A stretch of 64,000 bases of DNA from Eledone cirrhosa (GCA_964016885.1 CAXHJY010000133.1:1-64000); one strand, 5' to 3'. Counted from the stretch's first letter, positions 42,465-54,307 are shown. Notes: generated by a model from the letters alone, not told the origin. Numbers and translations: made by a program.

Positions 42465-43975
42465 GCGAGAGAGATAGAGATAGAGAGGCAGTGAGAGATA
42501 GGGAGAGAAAGAAGGAGAGAGAAGAGGAAGGGATGAGAGAAGAAAGAGAAGATAGGGAGAAAAAGTGAGAGAGAAGAGGGACGGGAGAAGAGAGATGGGC
42601 AGAGAGAGAGAGAAAGAAAGAAACAGAGAGAGAAGAAGGAGAGATAAGAGAGATGGAGAGAGAGGAAGATAGTAAGAGAAAAAGAGAGAAACAGACAAGA
42701 AGAGAGATAGGGAGAGAAAAAGAGAGAGAGAGAGACAGAGACAGAGAGATAAAAGATTGAGAGAGAGAAACAAGAGAGAGAAAGATAGTGACAGTGTTGA
42801 TGAAGACTATCTCTCTCTCTTTCTTTCTATATATATATATATATATATGTAGAAGTTCTATTTAAATTGTTGGGATACAACAAGCAAATATTTTTATAAC
42901 TGATATAAAGCACTCAACAAATATTTGGAGTAAAAATACGATATTAACAAATGGAAACTATATTTATAAAACCATATTTATTTCATTATACATATTTCAA
43001 GGACACCAAGTTAAATTATCTTAACCCTGCGTTGAAGGATAGAGAGAGAAGGCTATATATATATATATATATATATATTCACCTTAAACTTAATGCTGCA
43101 ATGTATTTTAAGGATAGAGAGAGACAAGAGAGAGACAGTGAGAAAAGATAGAGAGAGAGAAGACTACATACAGAGATTCACCTTTAACTTAAGCCCACAA
43201 TGTGTTTTAAGGATAGAGAGAGGGATATAGACACAAGAGTGAGAAGATAGAGAGACAGAGATACAAGAGAGAGAGACAAGAGTGAGAGAGACAACAGAGA
43301 GAGAGGCAAGACTGAGAGAAACAACAGAGAGAGAGACAAGATGGAGACAGAGAAGACTACACATATATCTTACTCACCTTTAACTTATGCCCACAATGTG
43401 TTTTAAAGATAGAGAGGGAAGAGGGACAGACATAGATACAAGTGAGAGAGACAAGATAGAGATAGAAGAGAGAGAGACATAGATACAAGTGAGAGAGACA
43501 AGATAGAGATAGAAGAGAGAGAGACATAGATACAAGTGAGAGAGACAACAGAGAGAGAGAGGGAGAGATAGATACAAGTGTGAGGGACAAGATAGAGAGA
43601 GAAGAGTGAGAAACATAGATACAAGACTGAGAGAGACAACAGAGAGACAACAAGAATGAGAGATAGATACAAGTGAGAGAGACGACAGAGAGAGAGCAAT
43701 ACATAGATACAAGACTGAGAGAGAGACAACAGAGAGACAACAAGAGTGAGAGATAGATACAAGTGAGAGAGACATAGATACAAGACTGAGAGAGACAACA
43801 AGAGTGAGAGATAGATACAAGTGAGAGAGACAACAGAGAGAGAGACATAGATACAAGACTGAGAGAGACAACAGAGAGACAACAAGAGTGAGAGATAGAT
43901 ACAAGTGAGAGAGACAACAGAGAGAGAGACATAGATACAAGACTGAGAGAGAGAGACAGACAGAGTGCCAATGAA
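42465..43975. repeat. Intronic GA-rich low-complexity/minisatellite with embedded copies of the exon end and donor site
   Basis: Reiterated gagatagatacaagtgagagagacaacag. Exon-tail copies at ~43077-43114, 43176-43213 and 43369-43410. Confidence 0.8.
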
Positions 43976-44004
43976 GACTATATATATATATATATCTTAC
44001 TCAC

Positions 44005-44176
44005 CTTTAACTTAACCCCGCGATGTGTTTTAAGGATAAGATAATGAGAAATGCCAGACATATTTTCATATTTCGGCACCTTAACCGATAAGGCGTAACA
44101 TCCTGGGTGGGTGGTGCTGTCTCGTACAATGAAAGAGCCAACTTCTTCTTGTTGTAAGATTTCAAGAGCAATTTCT
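44005..44176 (-). CDS. SH2 core exon of the adaptor gene
   Basis: Acceptor ccttgctccaacag, donor gtgagtaag. Translates (R)EIALEILQQEEVGSFIVRDSTTHPGCYALSVKVPKYENMSGISHYLILKTHRGVKLK, containing the FLVRES-type signature FIVRDS. Phases join both neighbouring exons. Confidence 0.92.
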
Positions 44177-44266
44177 CTGTTGGAGCAAGGAGAGATGAAG
44201 AAGAATAATTAGAAGACAATAATTAAGTTCATACATTGTTAGTGGATGGTAAATATATATATATAT

Positions 44267-44602
44267 TGGCTTAGTGGTTAGAGCATTGGCCTTGCAATCG
44301 AAAGGTTGTCATTTCAATTCTCAGACAGGGTGATGTGTTGTTTCCTTGAGCAAGACACTTTATTTCACATTGCTCCAGTTTACTCAGCTGTAGAAATGAG
44401 ATGATAGGACTGGTGTCCCTATCATTCCACTGCAAAGTGGTCGTGGAGGTGCCACGGCAAAAAAGCACCCAGCACTCACTGTAAATGAGGTTGGTGTTAG
44501 GAAGGGCATCCAGCTGTAGAAATCAAGCCAGAATCAGTTCCCGTCACACCCCTTGCAAGCAGGGAAAAGCAGACATGAAATGATGATGATGATGATGATG
44601 AT
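44267..44602 (+). mobile_element. SINE family 2 (intronic)
   Basis: Near-identical to 24567-24915, with a (GAT)n tail. Confidence 0.88.
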
Positions 44603-44607
44603 ATATA

Positions 44608-45163
44608 CGAGGGGGCTTAATGGAAAAAGTACATAACTAAAAATCATAAGCAGGGATTTTGGTCTCAATGTATCTGTACGTTCTCATACTAACGTGTCGT
44701 AACATGTCCTAACATGAACCCTTAAATATATGTTGTAATGCGGCGCCACCAGTCTGTAGTCAGCACCTGCTCAAGCAACATGGCCTCCATCAAAATTGAG
44801 GCCAGGACAAACATCAAATTCATGGTGAAGCTAGGGTGGAAGAACAGCCAAATCATTGACTCCCTGGAGCAAGTTTTTGGGGACAATGCCCCAAAGAAAT
44901 CAACAACTTACAAATGGATGAGTCATTTTAGAAGTGGAAGAGATGAGGTTGAAGATGATCCCCAGTTGAAGATGTAAAAAAAACTGTTTTGACATGGTGT
45001 AAATCACATGGCCCTCAGTGTTACACAGATAGACCTAAAGACTTGTATCAACACTTACAGAAGTGTATTGGCCTAGCTGGAGCATATGTTGAAAAATAAA
45101 CATCATAACTTAAACCCTTTTTTTGCAACTGTCCTTTTCCACAAACTTTTTGAAGCCCCCTCG
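44608..45163 (+). mobile_element. Internally deleted mariner (irritans/Hsmar2-like), 556 bp
   Basis: TA TSDs and TIR cgagggggct.../...ccacaaactttttgaagccccctcg. Transposase N-terminus from ATG 44780: MASIKIEARTNIKFMVKLGWKNSQIIDSLEQVFGDNAPKKSTTYKW. It is fused at ~44965 to the C-terminus VEDVKKTVLTW...HLQKCIGLAGAYVEK*. Confidence 0.88.
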
Positions 45164-45708
45164 TATGTTTGTGTATTTAAATATAACATCATCATCAGCA
45201 TCATTGTTTAACATCAGCTTTCCCTGCTAGCAAGGGTTGAATGGGTCTACATAGACCAAGTCAGTACTGAAGCGGGGCTACTGACATCCCAGCAGACAGG
45301 CCGGGGATTTGTGTCTCACATACATACGTATAACAGTTATTACATAATAAATAAAATGTGATGAAGTATATCCTTATTGCCTTCTACTTCATTATAAAAT
45401 ATATATATACATACACACACACATATATATATACACGTGTGCGTGCATGTGTGTAGTTTAAAGGAAATCGTTTTCAAATAAGAAAACAAAAAAAGGTAGG
45501 TGAAGAAGTTAAAATATTAGATTTATTACAGTAAACTTTTGTCTATATAATTAAGTAATAATTGATTATGTGTCTGCTTAAGATGTGGAAGAAATATGTG
45601 TTAATTAGAATATAATATAATATAATTAACAGTCTTTGGTCTTTTTTTCAATGTTATATATATATACATATATATATTTAGAGAGAGAGAGAGAGATATT
45701 ATAGAAAT

Positions 45709-45759
45709 GGCTTCTACAGGACTAGAACTGCTTCATTCGGGAGAAATCATCAGGAAGCC
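45709..45759 (-). ncRNA. Hammerhead family A motif with GAAA>GAAG core change (probably inactive)
   Basis: GGCTTC-CTGATGA-tTTCtcccGAAt-GAAG-CAGttctagtcCTG-TA-GAAGCC. Confidence 0.55.
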
Positions 45760-46559
45760 CTTGGTTAAGAGGGGCACAGTAAGTGCTAAAAGATAAGTTT
45801 ATCCCAGGTTCAATCGGGGGTAACCACAGTAAGTAAGGTACTCAATACAGGGTTTCTGATGATTTCAAGACTGATGATTTCTACAAGACTAGAACTGAAT
45901 GAAACAGTTCTAGTCTTGTAGAAGCCGTTTCTATATTAAATATTTATACTCTGCTATGTATTGAGCACCTTACTTACAGTGATTACCCCGATTGAACCCG
46001 GGATAAACTTATATATATATATATATATCTGCTCTACGGTTCTTATATATTTGATATATATTTATCCTTATCGAGCCCTCTTTGGATTTTAGTCTTCAAA
46101 TTTATTATTATTATTACTATATATATATATATATATATATGGGATAACATGTTATCGTTATAGGTAATCCAGTTAGAGGTTGTGAGTACTCTGCGTCGTG
46201 GATAGTTTTAACGTACGGCTTTGTTTGACTCAACAAGATGCTTCCATAGTTATGCAGCGAGCTCGCGGTAATTCCTATGCAGGTTATACTTGGAGTGATA
46301 ATAGTGAAAGAATGAAGAGTAACATGGTTGACTGTACAATAAGGGGCTTTATTTCAAGTACTGACAATTGTTTCGTTGATCATCGTTGATCAGGTCGCTA
46401 ATCGCTTGAAGTTGCGTCACTCAATCTCCAATACATTATTTACCTCTGGTCAACACATGAGAGTACGTAGATATAAAAATAATTCACTTGAGGCAAGACA
46501 TATATAGTATTATCAAATATACTATACATACATTTATATATACATACATTTATATATAC

Positions 46560-47105
46560 ATCATCATCATCGTTTAACGTCCATGTTCCACGCTGGCATG
46601 GGTTTGGACGGGAGTTTTCCCACTTGAGGCAAGAGTGGTTGTCTTGCTTGCATAGGACTGTCTGGCGGGTTTTCTACAGCTGGATGCCCTTCCGAACACC
46701 AACCACATTTACAGTGTGGGACTGGGAGGTTTTTACCGTGTTGCCTACACGGCCACATTACAGCGTGGACTGTGTGTTTTTTTGTCGTGACACCTACACG
46801 ATCTCATTTGTTTCGGCCTGGATGTTGTGGCACCAACATAACTTTACATTGAAAGGGGCGGTGTGGATGGAGTGGGGGTAGTGGGACGGGGGTGTATTTT
46901 GTTAGAGATGCCTACTGACTAGTAGGTTTTACTTTGTATTTAGGTAAGGTGTGTCTTCTCTATTACTGAGTGCCGCCAAAGATCTCGGTCCAGTGACATT
47001 GTCTTGGAGAGGTGTAAGTGTGTGAGGTCGGAGTTTATCAGGTCGTCCCAGGTTTTTCTGGGTCTGCCTACTCCGTGGCTACCGTCTATCTTTATTGCCC
47101 TGCAC
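46560..47105 (-). mobile_element. RTE LINE 3' fragment
   Basis: Homologous to 20985-21310 (DGSHGVGRPRKTWDDLI), with a (GAT)n tail. A shorter copy lies at 50192-50461. Confidence 0.82.
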
Positions 47106-47207
47106 TATATATATATATATGCAATAAGTAAACAGAAATAACAAAGCAAATGACAGAGTACAATGAAGAAATATATTAGTTTAACACTTGATATAGCAGG
47201 AAAAGAG

Positions 47208-47243
47208 TCTCAATGTTTCGGATACTAGTCCTTCGTCAGAAGA
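47208..47243 (-). ncRNA. Minimal hammerhead motif (family E), intronic, sense to the SH2 gene
   Basis: TCTT-CTGACGA-a-GGActagtaTCC-GAAA-ca-TT-GAGA. Confidence 0.6.
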
Positions 47244-47366
47244 TAGAATGAGAAATAAAGATGAAATAGAGACAGAGTGAGAAGAGGAAAGAACGGAAAC
47301 ATTTTTTGGCAAAAAAACGTGTGTATTCAGTCAACCATTATATATGTGTGTGTGTGTGTGTGTATA

Positions 47367-47464
47367 CAGGGTGTTCCCAAAAATGTATACACACTTTGAT
47401 AACCTGTAAAGGCAATATTTCTTAGAATGCTGTGTGATGCGTATACATTTTTGGGGATACCCTG
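47367..47464. mobile_element. Short Tc1/mariner-type MITE
   Basis: TA-cagggtgttcccaaaaatgtatac...gtatacatttttggggataccctg-TA. Confidence 0.78.
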
Positions 47465-47768
47465 TATATATACATACATATATATATCTAGGGAGTGTAA
47501 CTTGGAGTTACTACAGGTTCACCTGGGTGAGCACTCGATGTTTAGGTTCACTTCTGTGTTGAGGTGTAGAGCTATACAGAGTGTAATATATTGAAAGGAT
47601 AACAAGGACGATTGATTACTCCTTCATTACATTTATTGGTAGGTGACGCGCGTTTCACCACTGATCAGCTCAAGGTTCGATCTGTATCGATCTTACCCGA
47701 CTCTATAATCGGCAGCTCGACGAACCCTTTAAAATGCTAGTAGAAAATGTATATATATATATATATAT

Positions 47769-48117
47769 GGAGGCACATGGCTTAGTGGTTAGAGCATTGG
47801 CCTTGCAATCGAAAGGTTGTGAGTTCAATTCTCAGACCGGGTGATGTGTTGTTTCCTTGAGCAAGACACTTTATTTCACATTGCTCCAGTGTACTCAGCT
47901 GTAGAAATGAGATGATAGGGAATGGGGTCCCTATCATTCCACTGCAAAGTGGTCGTGGAGGTGCCACGGCAAAAAAGCACCCAGCACTCACTGTAAATGA
48001 GGTTGGTGTTAGGAAGGGCATCCAGCTGTAGAAATCGAGCCAGAATCAGTTCCCATCCCACCCTTGAAAGCAGGGAAAAAGCGGACGTAAAATGAAATGA
48101 AATGAAAATGAAATGAA
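47769..48117 (+). mobile_element. SINE family 2 (intronic)
   Basis: Full-length match to 24567-24915. Confidence 0.88.
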
Positions 48118-48721
48118 ATATATATATTCTGCAGTGGATATGGCGCATGTCTCTCAGACATGACAACCCTTAAATTAATTTTGGATATATATATACGACC
48201 CCTTAATTGTAGAGCTAACTCAGTTGAATGGACTCGGCTGCTATTTCTAGCTGTCGATAATCCTATTCACGCCACTGGGATGATGCTGTGCAATGTGTGT
48301 ATTTTTTTTTTTTTTTTAAATGCAACACATGGTACGAGTCATTCACATATTTGCATTTGCTGTGTAAACACAGATGGTTGGATCTTCTCCTTTGGTGACC
48401 ATCCGGGATTTGACTACTGTGATTTACCGATTAATTGGTGAAATATATTTTTTATTTAAAGAAATATATACAAAGGAGATTAATCATTTTAAAAGGTATT
48501 TAATTAGTTACCTACCTAGCTATGTGTGCTTACATACTTTACAAATTATTCCCTGTGATTGTTCCATATGTTTATTTTTTATATATATATGTCAATCTAT
48601 TTCTAGTTGATATAAAATGCTCGGATCTATTCATTGGAATCTTTGAGCTTATTCTGCAGTGGATATGGCGCATGTCTCTCAGACATGACAACTCTTAATT
48701 TAATTTTGGATATATATATAT

Positions 48722-49048
48722 ATCATCATCATCATCATTTTACGTCCTGCTTGCAAGGGTGGGACGGGAACTGATTCTGGCTTGATTTCTAAAGCTGGAT
48801 GCCCTTCCTAACACCAACCTCATTTACAGTGAGAGCTGGGTGCTTTTTTGCCGTGTCACCTCCACGACCACTTTACACTGGAATGATAGGGACCCAGTCC
48901 CTATCATCTCATTTCTACAGCTGAGTAAACTGGAGCAATGTGAAATAAAGTGTTTTGCTCAAGGAAACAACACATCACCCGGTCTGAGAATTTAACTCAC
49001 AACCTTTCGATTGCAAGACCAATGCTCTAACCACTAAGCCATGTGCCT

Positions 49049-49050
<2 letters not shown>
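48722..49050 (-). mobile_element. SINE family 2 (intronic, inverted relative to 47769-48117)
   Basis: Reverse complement of the family 2 consensus. Confidence 0.88.
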
Positions 49051-49138
<88 letters not shown>

Positions 49139-49199
49139 TGTGTGTGTGTATAGAATGAAAGAAACAAGAAGACTCGAGCCCCCCTAATCTTTCATTTAC

Positions 49200-49286
49200 C
49201 TTGGAATGCCAGCCTGGTACCATGAAGCATGCCGCAATGCTTCGTCTTCAATGTGACTTCGGTCAAGACCCATTAGAGATTCTAAT
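49200..49286 (-). CDS. Exon encoding the linker and SH2 N-terminus of the adaptor gene
   Basis: Acceptor ttttctctttaattgcag, donor gtaaat. Translates LESLMGLDRSHIEDEALRHASWYQAGIP(R). The split Arg codon AG|A joins 44176 in frame. Confidence 0.9.
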
Positions 49287-49360
49287 CTGCAATTAAAGAG
49301 AAAAGGAGAGAAAAAGAATGAGTGAGAGAAAGTTTAATGCTTGAAATAGCAGTAAGAGAG

Positions 49361-49396
49361 TCTTAACGTTTCGGATACTAGCCCTCCATCAGAAGA
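49361..49396 (-). ncRNA. Minimal hammerhead motif (family E) with CUGAUGG core variant
   Basis: TCTT-CTGATGG-a-GGGctagtaTCC-GAAA-cg-TT-AAGA, palindromic stem III ACGT. Confidence 0.5.
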
Positions 49397-49736
49397 TAAA
49401 GTTAAAAAGAGAAGATAAATAGACGGTAAAGAGTGATGAGAGGAAGGAACAGGGTGGGGTGTGTGTGTGTGTGTGTGGGGGGGTTTAAGGAGAAATAAAA
49501 CCACACGTTCGTATTCAGTCGGCCATCTTTTGGATTCCCGATGTATATCAGGAGGCAACCACAGTTAAAGAGGGTACTCAATACATTAGTAGAGTATAGA
49601 CGTATATATTTTAATATAGAAATGACTCCTAGAGGACTAGAACTGTCTCATTCGTAAGAAATCATCTGACTAGTTGTCTGCTGGGGCTCTTGGACATTTC
49701 GACGCATTAAAGACAATATATACCAAGATAATAATT

Positions 49737-49922
49737 GTTTCTTACATAGGCACAAGGCCAGCAATTACCCAGTGTATTACTGGTACTTTATTTTATCGAC
49801 CCCGTAAGGATGAAAGGCAAAGTTAACCTTGGCGGGATTTAAACTCAGACCGTAAAGGGACGTAACTATGCTGGAAAGCATGCCGTCCGACTCTCTAACG
49901 ATACTGACAATCCACCAACCCT
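49737..49922 (-). mobile_element. SINE family 1 with TSD
   Basis: Flanked by tatataccaagataataat on both sides. Confidence 0.87.
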
Positions 49923-50873
49923 ATATACCAAGATAATAATAAATGGAAACTATATTTATAAAACCATATTTAGTTTATTATATATATTTCAAGGGCAACC
50001 AAGCAAATCTTGGTGCGCTTTCATCAGATAAAATACAAAATTTGTTTTATAAATAATGACATACCCATGGAAATCACACCTTAACAGTCCGAAAATTCGC
50101 TGGATAGTGATATAGTGCTTTATATCAGTTATAAACATTTATGTTTGTCGGAATTCCAACATTAAATACAACTCCTATATATATATATATATCATCATCA
50201 TCATCATCGTTTAACGTCCGTGTTCCACGCTTGCATGGGTTTGGACGGGGGGGTTTTCCCACTTGAGGCAAGAGTGATTGTCTTGCTCGCATAGGACTGT
50301 CTGGCAGGTTTTCTACAGTTGGATGCCCTTCCTAACACCAACCACATTTACAGTGTGGGTCTGGGAGGTTTTTACCGTGTTGCCTACACGGCCACATTAC
50401 AGCGTGGACTGTGTGTTTTTTTGTCGTGACACCTACACGATCTCATTTGTTTCGGCCTGGATATATATATATATATAGAGATAGATAGGTAAAGAGGCGA
50501 GGCTGCGTGGTTACTAAAAACGAAGTGTTAGAAGGTAATCGGGACGTAAATAAGAGAAGAAAAGTTTCCCTTCGGCAGCTCTTTACTAGGATCTTAGATG
50601 TTTCCGCGCTTAAAACAGAACATCGATCCGTAGTGCGCCCATAGCCTTTTATCTATCAAAACACCATGAGGGAACGAAGTGATATATATATATATATAAA
50701 TATATATATAACAAAGGAAATGTGGTAAGGAACCAGGTGGACCATAACGCATCAAAGTACTCAATACTTAGGGTAGTAGAGTGGGTAATAGGAACGAGTA
50801 GGACCCCGACGGCTGAGCTCAAGCCGTTTCAACGGCTAATTCTGGACTGATAGCCGTCGGGGTCCTACTAGTT

Positions 50874-50950
<77 letters not shown>

Positions 50951-50996
50951 AGTGACGAAACATAAGTCAATTGCATGAACTCATAATCCTTTATTT

Positions 50997-51052
50997 ACTG
51001 CTATATATATTTCGATGATAGCCATTGAATGGCTATGACCTCATCAGGCAGT
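50997..51052 (-). ncRNA. Type-I hammerhead motif (family F)
   Basis: ACTGC-CTGATGA-ggtcATAGCCATtcaATGGCTATcatc-GAAA-tatata-TA-GCAGT. Confidence 0.72.
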
Positions 51053-51472
51053 CAGTTCTTAGATATGCCAGCTCTGTGTGTATAGTGTTGATGGTATCAG
51101 AGCCTTGGGACATATGAGCTTGTTAGGAATACTTTGATGTTGTCAGCAGGAATGGTCTGGATTCTCATTGGTCAGTTTGTAGATGGTAGTAGGGTTGGTA
51201 TTTGACCTCAAAGAGGCAGGTGGTTCTGTGAGGTTCAAACCATCAGGCAAGATGGCAATAGTTCCACATGACTGATTTTCACAAAAGGCATTCTTGGTCA
51301 GATATATTTTCAAATAAGGTTAATAGTATGAAATAGATACTACAGGTCACCCTTATATATAAATATATATATGTGTGTATGTATGTAAAAGGTTAACAGA
51401 AATAACAACAGAATCGTTACAATATATGGAAGGAATATATTAGGTTAACGCTTGAAATATATATATATATAT

Positions 51473-51529
51473 ATGAGATTCCTGATGATTTCTAAAGAAT
51501 GAAACAGTTCTAGTCCTGTAGAATCTCAT
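51473..51529 (+). ncRNA. Type-I hammerhead motif (family A)
   Basis: ATGAGATTC-CTGATGA-tTTCtaaaGAAt-GAAA-CAGttctagtcCTG-TA-GAATCTCAT: 9-bp stem I, closed stem III, GUA site. Confidence 0.82.
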
Positions 51530-51608
51530 CTATATTAAAACTTTTATACTCTGCAATGTATTGAGTACCTTACTTACTGTGGTTACCTCCGATTCAACCC
51601 GGAATAAC

Positions 51609-51665
<57 letters not shown>

Positions 51666-51730
51666 TTAGTAAACTAATAATTTTATCAGAAGGGTTAGAT
51701 GGAGAGCCTACCACTTCGATAGAAAATCTA

Positions 51731-51764
<34 letters not shown>

Positions 51765-51959
51765 CAAGGAAACAACCAAACAGAGGTACAAAAAGTCTTA
51801 TTAGTTTCACGCTTTATATGGAAAAGAGGAAAGAAAGTTTGACGTATTGGGCTTTAGCCCTTCTTCAGGAGTACAAAACTAGAGACAGGCTGACAAAGGA
51901 TAGATAGATAGAGACAATAAAAGGTAGCACAAATAAAAAAAGAAAAAAAAAAAGAAAAT

Positions 51960-52140
51960 AATTGTTTCTACAATAGGCACAAGACTAGCAATTATCCCAC
52001 AGTGTATTACTGGTACTTTATTTTATCGACCCCTGTTAGGATGAAAGGCAAAGTTAACCTCAACGGGATTTGAACTCAGAATGGCAAGGGCCGTAACTCT
52101 ATGCGTCAAAGCATGGCGTCCGACCCTCTACCGATACTGC
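51960..52140 (-). mobile_element. SINE family 1
   Basis: Reverse complement of the consensus. Confidence 0.85.
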
Positions 52141-52751
52141 TAATTGAGAGTAAACAAGACATGTAAATATGTATATATTATATAGGGCAAAAAAAGGGTG
52201 AAACCCCCCCCCCCCGTCACAAATGAGCATAGGTTTTGCAGTTACATAGTTCCCCTGTGAGGCACAAGCTTGGGCAAGGTATTTCTGTGGAAGACCAGCA
52301 GTCACCCATGCATACCAGTCCCCTCTCCAAACAGCAACAACAACAACAACAACAACAACAACAGCAGTAGCAGCACTACACCATTACCACCAATACCACT
52401 ACCAACACCAACCAAAAATATACCCCATCCACCACCACCATTACAATGGTTAGTTGTAAAGAAAGAAAAGCAGGTTAACCCCAACCCCCAACCCCTCCAG
52501 TAATTGTTAAGTGCTGTCAACAGAACAACAGTCACATTTTGGCAGTGGGCCAATTGGAAATTATAGAGTAGAGGGTCTTGTTTAAGGTCAACATTTAATT
52601 GGTGTTGGTGGAGTGGTGGTGAAGATGATTGTGGTGTGGTGGTGGTGTGATGGTGGAGTAGAGGAGTGGACACTAATTGAATTTGGGTGGTGAAGGACAG
52701 TTGACAAGTCTGTGTGTGTGTAAATGCGTATGTGTATGTATGTATGTGTAA

Positions 52752-52812
<61 letters not shown>

Positions 52813-52886
52813 GTTATTCCGGGTTGAATCGGAGGTAACCATAGTAAGTAAGGTACTCAATACATAGCAGAGTATATATATATATG

Positions 52887-52953
<67 letters not shown>

Positions 52954-52982
52954 ATATGTATATATATGTGTATATATATATA

Positions 52983-53045
<63 letters not shown>

Positions 53046-53302
53046 GTGTGTGTGTATGTATGTATATGTGTGTATATTTTTATATATATGTATATATTTG
53101 AGTGTATGTACGTATATATATGTATACATATATATATGTGTATGTGTGTGTATGTATGTGTGTATATATATATATATATGTATATGTGTGGGTGTGTGTA
53201 TATATGTGTGTATATATATATATATATATGTGTATATGTATGTATATATACGTATATATATATATATATATATGTGTATGTGTGTGTATATGTGTATGTA
53301 TG

Positions 53303-53346
<44 letters not shown>

Positions 53347-53409
53347 TATGTATGGTGCTTTTTCCTTATATATGTGTATGTATGTGTATGTGTGTGTATA
53401 TATGTATGT

Positions 53410-53441
<32 letters not shown>

Positions 53442-53484
53442 GTATGTATGTGTGTGTGTGTGTTTGTATGTGTATATATCTGTT

Positions 53485-53531
<47 letters not shown>

Positions 53532-53665
53532 ATGTGTATGTATGTATATATGTGTGTGGTTATATATATGAATGTGTATATATATATATGTATATGTGTA
53601 TATATATGTGTGTGTATTTGTGTGTATATATGTGTGTATATGTATATATATGTGTGTATGGGTTT

Positions 53666-53709
<44 letters not shown>

Positions 53710-53787
53710 GTGTGTGCATGTATGTGTGTGTATATATATATATATATATATGTGTATATGTGTGTATGTGTGTATGTATGTATGTGT

Positions 53788-53876
<89 letters not shown>

Positions 53877-53943
53877 CGTTATTCCGGGTTGAATCGGAGG
53901 TAACCACAGTAAGTAAGGTACTCAATACATAGCAGAGTATAAC

Positions 53944-54076
53944 AGTTTTAATATAGATGAGATTCTACAGGACTAGAACTGTTTCATTCATTAGAAATCA
54001 TCAGGAATCTGATTCCTGATGATTTCTAATGAATGAAACAGTTCTAGTCCTGTAGAATCTCATCTATATTAAAACT
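53944..54076. ncRNA. Perfect palindrome of two head-to-head family A hammerheads (minus 53961-54009; plus 54011-54059)
   Basis: GATTC-CTGATGA-tttctaatgaat-GAAA-CAGttctagtcCTG-TA-GAATC on both strands, 1-nt centre at 54010. Confidence 0.8.
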
Positions 54077-54260
54077 ATATATATATATATATGTAGATAA
54101 ATCTACCAAGAGTTTACGGTAGTAAACACATATATATATAACACATATATATCCTAGAAACGATCGTTAAATAATGAACTTTTTTTGTTTAATATAAGGA
54201 ACTGTTTCATTGTTTTATTCATTATTTTTTTAATATTTTATATATATATATATATATATA

Positions 54261-54307
<47 letters not shown>

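Noticed and set aside
44007-44219. 70-aa minus ORF in the track
   Set aside because: It is the wrong frame. The real SH2 exon uses a different frame bounded by splice sites.
52302-52710. Additional upstream exon of the SH2 gene (also considered ~54960-55043)
   Set aside because: The translations are low-complexity or stop-containing, with no convincing donor in the required phase.
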